From positions 48,104 through 112,103 of IMG/VR virus record IMGVR_UViG_2518645549_000001: a stretch of DNA of 64,000 nt; one strand, given 5' to 3'. A model generated the notes under the pieces. The model was not told the DNA's origin. It saw only the letters and a list, made by a program, of their open reading frames with translations, and ran no database searches. Every line of letters begins with the position of its first letter. The stretch's first letter is position 1. The position numbers were made by a program, and so were the translations under genes. This stretch comes from a virus (taxonomy: Duplodnaviria > Caudoviricetes). This document shows, piece after piece, positions 1 to 7,313 of the stretch.

Positions 1-1025
1 TGATGGCAAGATGAGCGCAGGTAGTCATTAGTTACGCGGTCTGCTTGGTCCGAGTACCCTGGGTCATCAAAAATCAGATCTCCATCTAACTCAAGACAGA
101 AAGATAAGTCGTCGTCTTGCTTGTGATGTGACGAATTCCACGAGCAGCAAGATGTGAAGTGGAAGCGTTTTCCCTCAATGGTGTTAATGTACGCGAAGAA
201 CCCATTTTTAAAATATGATTTTGGAGTCGATCCGTCCACATGGACTGACTGGGGCGCAGAATCAATCTCTGGGTGGTCCGACCTGATGTTCTTATTTGGA
301 AGCCTAAATGAGTCACCTACCGGGAAATACTCGCCGTTACTTCTCGTGAAAAATGACAAAATCTCTTTGCAAGCCTCGGGCAGGCCTTGCGTCGGCACCT
401 GACTAATTTGTTCTTTGTATTTTTCTGATGCATTAAGGAATTTAATGGCGACCGGATAGTTGTATTCTTGGTACGAAATCGAATGCTCTTGTGTTACGCC
501 TTCGGAATCAAATATTGACGCTAGAGATTTTGCCCCCCTAATTGCTACGGATCTTAATTTTTCATCGTCTAAGTAACCGAGTCTTTCAGATGACTCTAGG
601 ATTGCCGTGTCGGCCATTACACCGTGATTATGCCCGTGCCGATATACTTCAGCGGATAGCAAGGTATTAACATCGGCAATCATAAGCTCTTTGCATAGAG
701 CTACTGCCTCTGTCTCTCCCGCCAGATCGAAATCATCTATCATTTTATCTATATGTGACAAACGAATAGAGGTTGTGTGATCGCCAAGCCGAGTGCCAAT
801 CATATCGTTTTGATTTTTGTTTTTATAATGAAATTCAAAGAAGTCCATCAATACCAGGTGTCGTTTTTTTAATGGTATTGATTTCGTGAGCCATCTCAGG
901 CTTAGAAGGTTGTGGCGCCAGTTTAGAACCTGAAATGGGTTCATCGACCAGTTTACTGGCGACTCTATTGTTACCTCTTTAAATCGACCATATTTTATGG
1001 TGTGAGTAAATCCTTTTGTATTCAT
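1..1025 (-). CDS. Heparinase II/III-like (polysaccharide lyase-like) protein, truncated by the window edge; low-GC moron of the left prophage
   Basis: Not in the ORF track; manual translation from ATG at 1025 (MNTKGFTHTIKYG...) stays open to base 1, with motifs YRHGHNHGVMAD, EGVTQEHSISYQ, NGEYFPVGDS and HHKQDDDLSFCLELDG..DDPGY typical of this family. Confidence 0.7.
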   Translation of the reverse strand, partial: MNTKGFTHTIKYGRFKEVTIESPVNWSMNPFQVLNWRHNLLSLRWLTKSIPLKKRHLVLMDFFEFHYKNKNQNDMIGTRLGDHTTSIRLSHIDKMIDDFDLAGETEAVALCKELMIADVNTLLSAEVYRHGHNHGVMADTAILESSERLGYLDDEKLRSVAIRGAKSLASIFDSEGVTQEHSISYQEYNYPVAIKFLNASEKYKEQISQVPTQGLPEACKEILSFFTRSNGEYFPVGDSFRLPNKNIRSDHPEIDSAPQSVHVDGSTPKSYFKNGFFAYINTIEGKRFHFTSCCSWNSSHHKQDDDLSFCLELDGDLIFDDPGYSDQADRVTNDYLRSSCH

Positions 1026-1182
1026 GACAGTATCTGTATGCGAGTTATCGTCCATGCGTTCGGGTGCCATGTTCTGCGTGTCCTGATTAAAGATGAAAAC
1101 CTAGCTTGTCGTGGCGGCGAATCCTTTCGATTCACATCGTCACTTTATACATCATATCCTCGATTATTTCATGGAGAAGACC

Positions 1183-1671
1183 ATGGCTCGGATTCCTTCC
1201 GAAAGTGCCAAAGGGGCGAACGTGCTCCGCTTCCTGGATCTGATCGCCTTCTCGGAAGGCACTTCTACCATCAAAGCCAGCGATGACGGCTACAACGTGC
1301 TGTACGGCGGCGGCCTGTTTCAGGGCTATGCCGATCACCCGCGGCGCAAGCTGACTTTTCCCATCAACGGCAAGCCGGTCACCAGCACCGCCGCTGGCCG
1401 GTACCAGTTGCTCGAGCGTTACTGGGATGCATACAGGGTCAGCCTTCGCCTGGCTGGCGGCTTCACGCCGGAGAACCAGGACCGCATCGCCATGCAGCAA
1501 ATCCGTGAGCGCAGTGCGCTTGGCGACATCAAGTCCGGCCGTATAGAGCAGGCAATCGCCAAGTGCTCGAACATCTGGGCATCGCTGCCAGGGAACAACT
1601 ACGGGCAAAACCCGCACAAGCTGGAGAAGTTGCTGGCCCAGTGGCAAAAGCTCGGCGGGGCGCTGTCATGA
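1183..1671 (+). CDS. Lambda R-type endolysin (transglycosylase)
   Basis: LDLIAFSEGT, STAAGRYQ and WASLPG motifs; RBS GGAGA. Confidence 0.92.
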   Translation: MARIPSESAKGANVLRFLDLIAFSEGTSTIKASDDGYNVLYGGGLFQGYADHPRRKLTFPINGKPVTSTAAGRYQLLERYWDAYRVSLRLAGGFTPENQDRIAMQQIRERSALGDIKSGRIEQAIAKCSNIWASLPGNNYGQNPHKLEKLLAQWQKLGGALS

Positions 1672-2186
1672 TCTGGCTGGCTGCGGTACCGGCCTGGTGC
1701 TGGTGGCTGATTGCCCTGTTGCTGGTCGCGGGTGGCCAGCAGTATCGAGTGGTGGTGGCTCAGGGCGATACCGAGACGGCACGCAGCGATCTGGCCGACT
1801 ACCGGCTCGAGGTATCTGAGCGCGACCGCCGCGCCGCCGCCCAAGTCAGAAGCGAAGAACAGCGCCGCCAAGCCGTGGCGGACAAGGAGGGCGAGAGTGC
1901 ACGACGGAAACTGGAACTGGCCGAAAGCCGTGCCGCTGATGCTGAATCTGCTGCTGGCGGGCTGCGCGGGGAAATCGAACGACTGCGCGCCGGCCGAGCA
2001 GCAACCTGCGGTGTCATCGCTACCCAGCAGCGCCAGGCAGGAACCTCTGCCGTCGTGGTGCTCGGGGGATTGCTTGAAGAGTCTGACCGAATGGCGGGAG
2101 ACCTCGCGAAAGCGCTTGAGCGAAGTAGAATAGCCGGGCTGGCGTGCGAGGCTGTGGTCGATGGAATCCGCCGGGGCGGTGAGTAG
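1668..2186 (+). CDS. Rz: Rz-like inner-membrane spanin (DUF2514-like)
   Basis: ATGA overlap with endolysin; N-terminal TM segment then coiled coil. Confidence 0.85.
   Translation: MIWLAAVPAWCWWLIALLLVAGGQQYRVVVAQGDTETARSDLADYRLEVSERDRRAAAQVRSEEQRRQAVADKEGESARRKLELAESRAADAESAAGGLRGEIERLRAGRAATCGVIATQQRQAGTSAVVVLGGLLEESDRMAGDLAKALERSRIAGLACEAVVDGIRRGGE
1897..2133 (+). CDS. Rz1: Embedded Rz1-like outer-membrane spanin lipoprotein
   Basis: Alternative frame inside Rz; AGGAGG before GTG; lipobox LLAGC; W-C-x3-C motif shared with the copy at 59651. Confidence 0.7.
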   Translation: MHDGNWNWPKAVPLMLNLLLAGCAGKSNDCAPAEQQPAVSSLPSSARQEPLPSWCSGDCLKSLTEWRETSRKRLSEVE

Positions 2187-2364
2187 CTATATAAAGGAAG
2201 GGAAACGGTCGGCAGAACGCCGGTAGAGGGGGCAGGAGGCGTGGGACAAAACTGGGACATTTAATGTCCCAAATGATGATGAATCAAGATGCAGGAAAAT
2301 GACGCTAAACCCAATAGATACAGGGGCTTGAGCGATTGAACCTAGCAAAATAGCAGGTTCGTAC

Positions 2365-2412
2365 CGGATTGCAAATCCGTCTACGCCGGTTCGATTCCGA
2401 CCTCGGCCTCCA
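2365..2412 (+). pseudogene. 3' fragment of tRNA-Cys(GCA)
   Basis: Anticodon arm CGGA-TTGCAAA-TCCG, T-loop GGTTCGATTCC and 3' CCA; upstream bases do not supply the acceptor 5' strand or D arm. Confidence 0.85.
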
Positions 2413-2419
2413 CCATTCG

Positions 2420-2456
2420 AAAGCCCCGCAGATTAACGTCTGCGGGGTTTTTCTTT
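2420..2456 (+). terminator. Intrinsic terminator within the att repeat
   Basis: CCCCGCAGA-TTAACG-TCTGCGGGG followed by a T run. Confidence 0.85.
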
Positions 2457-2477
2457 GCGCGCAGAAAAACCGGATAG

Positions 2478-2508
2478 TTTCCGCATCCTGAGGCTTCGTT
2501 TCCGCATC
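2478..2508. promoter_or_regulatory. Putative integrase arm-type sites (TTCCGCA repeats)
   Basis: GTTTCCGCATC twice just inside the left att; ATTCCGCA near 62862 and inverted near 62926 inside the right att. Confidence 0.55.
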
Positions 2509-2514
2509 AGCGAT

Positions 2515-3579
2515 TTACTTGGTAGGGGAAACCACCTCGCCGACTCGGCGATAAACCCGCTTGGTGATCTCCTCCTTGGAGTGGCCCAGCAGCCGGCTGG
2601 CGTGACTGATGTCCTCTATTTCCGAGGCCGCCTTGGGTCGGATATCACGGAACTGGAACTGCCGCACCTTGGTGGCCAGGTCAGTGTTGCCGTCGGCGAT
2701 GAGCTTCCGAGCAGCCTTGTCACGCGCCTCGCTGAAGCGGTTCCTTAACATCTCCCAGCTCATTCGCAGACCCGAGTCGTTGGTGATCAGTCGCGTGTTG
2801 CGCACTCCCTGCAGCTTGCGGCGCTCGAGTAGCGCCTCGATGAACAGCCCAAGGCCGGTCAGTTCGCCATTGACGTGCCGGCGGATGCGGAGTTTCTTGT
2901 CGGTCTTGTTCTGATCGACCCACAGATAGTCCTCGTCCAGGTCGACGGTGCTGAATTTCAGGGTGTCCGCAGGGCGCTGGCCAGCCAGGTAGGCCAGGTC
3001 CATGGCATCCTTGAGCCCCTGGTCGCCCTCGGCATAAACCGCATCCCAGATTTCGTCAGCCGCGTAGAAATCGCGCACTTTCTCTTTGTTGCGACGCACC
3101 GCCAGGCAGGGGTTGCGTTCGGCAAAGCCCCATTCCATTGCCATGGTGAAAACGTGCGAGAGCAGGGCGATCTCCCGGTTTGCCCGAGTCTTGGCAGTGC
3201 GGGCATCCCGGTACTGGGCAATGACCGGCGGGTTGATAGCCTCGATCGGCGCATCAGCGAACGCCTTGCGCAGGCGCTCCAGCTCATATTTGTTGTCCTT
3301 CTGAGTGCGTGGCGACTTGGTTGGTATGATGTCCCGCTCGTACCGGTCAAACAGTTCGCCCATCGTCGCCATCACCTTCGGCTTCGCCTTATGTTCCAGG
3401 CGGGCCCATTCCAGCTTGGCCTCTGCGAGATCAGTCCCCAGCGGTACCTCTTGCCGCTTCCCGTCTGCATCCCTCCCGTCGTAGTAATAACCAACCCACA
3501 GCTTCCCGCTTTACAACTTGCGGACCCGCCGCAACATCCGCGGCGGCAGGTCCTTGTTCGATGCCTTCCTGGTGCGCAT
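2515..3579 (-). pseudogene. int: Tyrosine integrase with an in-frame TAA at codon 23 (3511-3513); catalytic domain ORF 2515-3375 intact
   Basis: Reads MRTRKASNKDLPPRMLRRVRKL*SGKLWVGYYY in frame with the downstream ORF, which has GQR, K, FRDIR, LLGH and VY catalytic motifs. Confidence 0.88.
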
Positions 3580-3582
3580 CTG

Positions 3583-3819
3583 TTACCCCACGCGCGATAA
3601 GTCCAATGTCCATGTCTCGGCCGTGGCATTCGTTGCCGTCGGCTTCACTCCTGCCATCTTCATCCGGAAGTACATCCGGCCAATGATGGGGCGCCTGGCC
3701 CGGGTAAGCGTGTACTGCCAGCCATTGTTGGCAAGCCAGGCGATTTGCTTGCTCGGGATCTGGTACCCAGTCAGCCGCACCACTTCCTCCTCCTCGAGGA
3801 TCTCGCTTGTATGTTCCAT
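3583..3819 (-). CDS. Putative excisionase (DUF4224-like)
   Basis: 78 aa directly upstream of int; EVVRLTGY..PSKQIAWL motif. Confidence 0.75.
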   Translation of the reverse strand: MEHTSEILEEEEVVRLTGYQIPSKQIAWLANNGWQYTLTRARRPIIGRMYFRMKMAGVKPTATNATAETWTLDLSRVG

Positions 3820-3858
3820 GGGATGGTCTCCACGCCGCCGATGGCGGCAGGTTGGTGG

Positions 3859-4182
3859 TCAGTCGACCTGGTAGTAGACGTAGCAATTGACGCCTTGGTC
3901 CTTCAGCGACTTGTGCATGGCTTGCACGCCGGCGCTGTGCATATTTCCCTGGCCTGGCCAAGGCGTGTCTAGATGAATGCCCTGCTGGTGATAGCGGCTT
4001 TTCTTCTGGACATAGCCCGGCAGAGTTGGCAACTGGTTAGGGCGTAGGCCCGGTACCGGAATCACGACTCGATCAAGGTTGGCGCTGCCACCATCATCGG
4101 TGCAGGCAGCTGCTGCAGCCTTGCCAGCCTCCGTGGCGATGCGCACTTTCGCCGGCAGGCTGGCCAGTTCTTCTTTCGTCAT
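3859..4182 (-). CDS. Hypothetical phage protein
   Basis: ORF MTKEELASLP... with GGAGAG RBS in the early operon. Confidence 0.65.
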   Translation of the reverse strand: MTKEELASLPAKVRIATEAGKAAAAACTDDGGSANLDRVVIPVPGLRPNQLPTLPGYVQKKSRYHQQGIHLDTPWPGQGNMHSAGVQAMHKSLKDQGVNCYVYYQVD

Positions 4183-4237
4183 GGCAATAGCTCTCCATGC
4201 CCGTGCATGTCGGCGGGCTTGAGTGGAATGGGAGGGG

Positions 4238-4579
4238 TTACAGCTGCGGTGCAAGTAGCTCTTCGACTACCTGACCGGTGTCGTGGAAGTACCAGTCGCT
4301 GTCGGTGAGGTTGTTGATCATGAAGGCGGCGAATCTTTCGGTCGTCATTCCCTTCATCAAGCGCTCGAGCTTCGGCGGAGGTCCTTTCCAGGTTGGCTCG
4401 GCGCCGATGAGTCGGGCTGCCGCCAAGTTGTGATGGCCATCAAGGATGATGCGATAGAGCTTTCCGCGCATCTCCAGATCGATTGTTCGAACCACGAATA
4501 CCTTGAACTTGGCTACCTTCTTGGCGATAACATCGCGGTTCAAGTATCGCTGGCTGCTGATGAGTGGCGGTGTGCTCAT
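4238..4579 (-). CDS. Stand-alone ParB/Srx-like domain protein
   Basis: IILDGHHNLAAA resembles the ParB DG(H)HR motif. Confidence 0.65.
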   Translation of the reverse strand: MSTPPLISSQRYLNRDVIAKKVAKFKVFVVRTIDLEMRGKLYRIILDGHHNLAAARLIGAEPTWKGPPPKLERLMKGMTTERFAAFMINNLTDSDWYFHDTGQVVEELLAPQL

Positions 4580-4625
4580 CGCGGCCCCCTGTAGATCAGG
4601 TAGGCCATGTACATCAGTGGCAGGA

Positions 4626-4811
4626 TCATGGCTGAATGCTCCAGGTGATTGCCATCGTGATCACCCCAAGCCATCCGGCGATGGCTAGGGCTCGGTAAAC
4701 GATTCGCTCACGCTCAGCCTTCAAGGCCCTGCGCAGCCATTCGGACTTCTCCGTGATCAGCTGATCTGCGAACTCGCATGCGCGCTGGAAGTGCTCTTCA
4801 GAAATGCTCAT
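4626..4811 (-). CDS. Small protein with C-terminal TM helix
   Basis: MSISEEHF... coupled to its neighbours. Confidence 0.55.
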   Translation of the reverse strand: MSISEEHFQRACEFADQLITEKSEWLRRALKAERERIVYRALAIAGWLGVITMAITWSIQP

Positions 4812-5206
4812 GGCATCAGCTCCTTCGGCACCTGGATGGTATCGCTGAGCTTGTAGTGGACCAGGCCCCGGCAGAACGCGACCAGAGCGGTGGGGCCATA
4901 GCACCAGACCCCGGCACCGGCCGGGCCGCCTGCATAGCAGGTATCTTCGGGCAGGCCGGGTATGTGCTGAGCGGTGCCTTGGTGCTTGTCGATCAGCACA
5001 CCGCCGTGGCCCCAGTGAGAAGAAGGGCGATAGCCGAAACCTTCAGTTACGCCGCGGATGCTGATGCTGATGGGGTCAGTTGGCGTAAGCCATACCGTCG
5101 TTCGGCATACAGGATCTGCTTCGAAACCCTCGGCCCTTGCCACGGCCCAGTCCAGCGGGGCGCCGACCAGGTTGGATACCCTTACCTCGATCAGGTCGGT
5201 CATCAT
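4808..5206 (-). CDS. NinX/DUF2591-like phage protein
   Basis: LDWAVARAEG, YRPSSHWGHGGVLID and GPTALVAFCR motifs. Confidence 0.7.
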   Translation of the reverse strand: MMTDLIEVRVSNLVGAPLDWAVARAEGFEADPVCRTTVWLTPTDPISISIRGVTEGFGYRPSSHWGHGGVLIDKHQGTAQHIPGLPEDTCYAGGPAGAGVWCYGPTALVAFCRGLVHYKLSDTIQVPKELMP

Positions 5207-5595
5207 CGGCGCTCCTTTTTCCGCTCGACCTCGATCTGGTCGTAGAGTGCATCCACTCGCTTTTGCTTGCGGTTGATCGCCTCGGAGCGGTTCAGGTGTT
5301 CTCTCAGGGCCTTGTCATAAGGCTCGATCTTCTCGACCAGTCGAAGCCGCTCACTTGGATCTTTTGACGCGTTGAACTGTCGAGCCAGTCGATCCCGCTC
5401 GCTGAAGTCCAGATGGTCAATCGCGCGGTTCTCCTTCTCCATTTCGGCCAGAACGTCTGCCGATTGCCGCTTCCAGCGCAGATACAGCACATCGCTCTTC
5501 TTGGGCTTCATGAAAAAGTGCTGAGATCTGATCCACTCCACCAAGTCTTCCTTGGTCATCTCGTCGAGCATATCTTTCCGGGCGGCTTTGCTCAC
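5203..5595 (-). CDS. Hypothetical helical phage protein
   Basis: 130 aa ORF overlapping both neighbours by 4 bp. Confidence 0.7.
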   Translation of the reverse strand: MSKAARKDMLDEMTKEDLVEWIRSQHFFMKPKKSDVLYLRWKRQSADVLAEMEKENRAIDHLDFSERDRLARQFNASKDPSERLRLVEKIEPYDKALREHLNRSEAINRKQKRVDALYDQIEVERKKERR

Positions 5596-5843
5596 AGCTG
5601 ATACCTCTCATCAATCCAGCGCCCAGGCGCCAGTGCGGGTGTAGGTTCGGGTTGTGTTTCGTGCGGGAAGAGCTGGCGCTGGTTGCCGGCCTGCAGCTGG
5701 CTGTCGGGGATGCAGCTGATGCCGACTCCGTTGAGCAGGTAGCAGGTGACGCCGCGCTGGCTGTCGTGCTGCACGTCGATGACGTTCTCGGTTGCGCTGG
5801 CGCTGGTGGCCAGCAGCAGGAGGCAGAGGGCGAGGCGGGTCAT
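5592..5843 (-). CDS. Small secreted phage protein
   Basis: Signal peptide MTRLALCLLLLATSASA; GVTCYLLNGVGISCIP. Confidence 0.65.
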   Translation of the reverse strand: MTRLALCLLLLATSASATENVIDVQHDSQRGVTCYLLNGVGISCIPDSQLQAGNQRQLFPHETQPEPTPALAPGRWIDERYQL

Positions 5844-6265
5844 CAGCAGTCCACCCAGTTGAGCTCTTTGATGTAATCACCGCCGGCGCACAGGTGCTCG
5901 TCGTTGATCGCCTCCAGATCCTTTATATCTGCCAGGGCGGCCTTTGCGCGTTCCAATGCCAGCTCGGCATGGCTTAGCTGGTGGCGTTTGCGGGCTTTGT
6001 AGCTGCGCAGCGCTTCCTCTTTGTCGGGGTAGGCGAACCGGCGCCAAGAGCTTTTCGATACACGCTTGGCGTTGCCCCAGACTTTCCCGGTGGCTTCCTG
6101 ACGCGCCACGGCGTAACCCTCGCTGCCTTCGGGCACAAGCCAGTAGCAGTGCTCGCTTTCGCGGATCACCACGTAGCGCCGGCACACGATCGTGACGCCT
6201 TCGGGTCCGATGGAATCGATATAACGGAAGTGGTCCGGCCAAGCCGGTTGCTTTTCTGTGGGCAT
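5843..6265 (-). CDS. Hypothetical phage protein
   Basis: MPTEKQPAW... ORF coupled to the downstream gene. Confidence 0.65.
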   Translation of the reverse strand: MPTEKQPAWPDHFRYIDSIGPEGVTIVCRRYVVIRESEHCYWLVPEGSEGYAVARQEATGKVWGNAKRVSKSSWRRFAYPDKEEALRSYKARKRHQLSHAELALERAKAALADIKDLEAINDEHLCAGGDYIKELNWVDC

Positions 6266-6425
6266 GACTTCGTCCTTGGCTGCCATTTCGCGGCAGTGAA
6301 TAGAGGGGAGAGGGGTTACAGCGGGGTGGAGTACAAATGTGATCTGATTAAAAAACGTACAAAATCATGCGGGCTATGTTCTAGATCCGGTATTCTCGGT
6401 TGTCACCAATCAAAGAGAGGTGGTT

Positions 6426-6587
6426 ATGAAATATCGAATCAAAGAGTTGAAGCTGGATAACGACGTAACCGTCGAATACGTCGAATGCGTGAAGCAAGAA
6501 GGAAGAGTCAGCGTTTGTCAGCTCATTTCCCTGTGGCGCTTTACCGAAGCGCAGATCCAATCAATACGCGCCAAGGGCACCATCTAG
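6426..6587 (+). CDS. 53-aa moron ORF (MKYRIKELKL...)
   Basis: GAGAGG RBS, AT-rich upstream region, opposite to the operon; below the ORF-track cut-off. Confidence 0.45.
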   Translation: MKYRIKELKLDNDVTVEYVECVKQEGRVSVCQLISLWRFTEAQIQSIRAKGTI

Positions 6588-6943
6588 ACATGTTGGCCGC
6601 CGACCAGCTCGGCTTGTCGTTGGTCGGCCGGCCACCCAAGATCCAGTAGCGGTCCTATAGGAATCAATGGCTGCACAGTCGCCGCCGCATCCCGCTCTGC
6701 CTCTTCTTTGGTCCACCAGAAGGCAGTACCAACCATCCAGGCTATAGGGTCGGGGTGGGGCTGAGGGGCTGACTGCGGTGCATTCTTCAGCAGTGCACTC
6801 CAAAGAGACCTTGCGAGGTCCGGGTGCATGCATACCCCATTGAGCATTTCACGCGTCAACACGCGCGGTACGCTGACCATATCGATGATCCCCTCGATAT
6901 GGTCATGCTGCTCGATGGTGCTGGATCGGTTTTCTGTGGGCAT
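6584..6943 (-). CDS. Hypothetical phage protein, possibly truncated
   Basis: MPTENRSS... start resembles the MPTEK start at 6265. Confidence 0.5.
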   Translation of the reverse strand: MPTENRSSTIEQHDHIEGIIDMVSVPRVLTREMLNGVCMHPDLARSLWSALLKNAPQSAPQPHPDPIAWMVGTAFWWTKEEAERDAAATVQPLIPIGPLLDLGWPADQRQAELVGGQHV

Positions 6944-7019
6944 GGGAAAGCTTTTCCTGATTCAGTAAATGTGGTGACTGCTATTATTGTTTTGGGGTCA
7001 AATAAGTTGGGGGATTACT

Positions 7020-7250
7020 ATGAGAATGCTGCTCAGCTTGAGTGTCGTTATCTTCACTATTTGGCTGTCTGGCTGTGATGCTGAGGCACAACTTGTAGCG
7101 CCCCCAGCATGTTCATGCACGACGTCAACGATTGCAGACAGGTCCGCAATGATCTCGAACTGCACCTGCGGAGCGTTGCAATGTGTAACCGTAATGGGAG
7201 CAAACACCTCAGGTTATAACCCAGACCCTAGAGCGCTCTACTGCAAGTAA
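7020..7250 (+). CDS. Small Cys-rich lipoprotein moron
   Basis: Lipobox WLSGC plus six further Cys; low GC; opposite strand. Confidence 0.6.
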   Translation: MRMLLSLSVVIFTIWLSGCDAEAQLVAPPACSCTTSTIADRSAMISNCTCGALQCVTVMGANTSGYNPDPRALYCK

Positions 7251-7313
7251 CTTCACAGTGAGATGCGCCATGGCTTGCTTCTGGGGAAGCGCTTCTCTAT
7301 GAGCATTGGCACC

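Larger units (their letters stand above)
1..2364. mobile_element. Lysis end of an adjacent, second prophage
   Basis: Endolysin-Rz-Rz1 followed by GGGACA repeats (about 2244-2270, arm-site-like) and then the att core. Confidence 0.75.
2365..2456 (+). repeat. Left att core: 92-bp direct repeat (tRNA-Cys 3' portion plus terminator)
   Basis: CGGATTGCAAATCCG...GGGGTTTTTCTTT identical to 62975-63066. Confidence 0.95.

Noticed and set aside
2341-2415. Intact tRNA-Cys gene
   Set aside because: Upstream TAGCAAAAT is suggestive, but there is no GGCCGAG strand to pair with the 3' acceptor.
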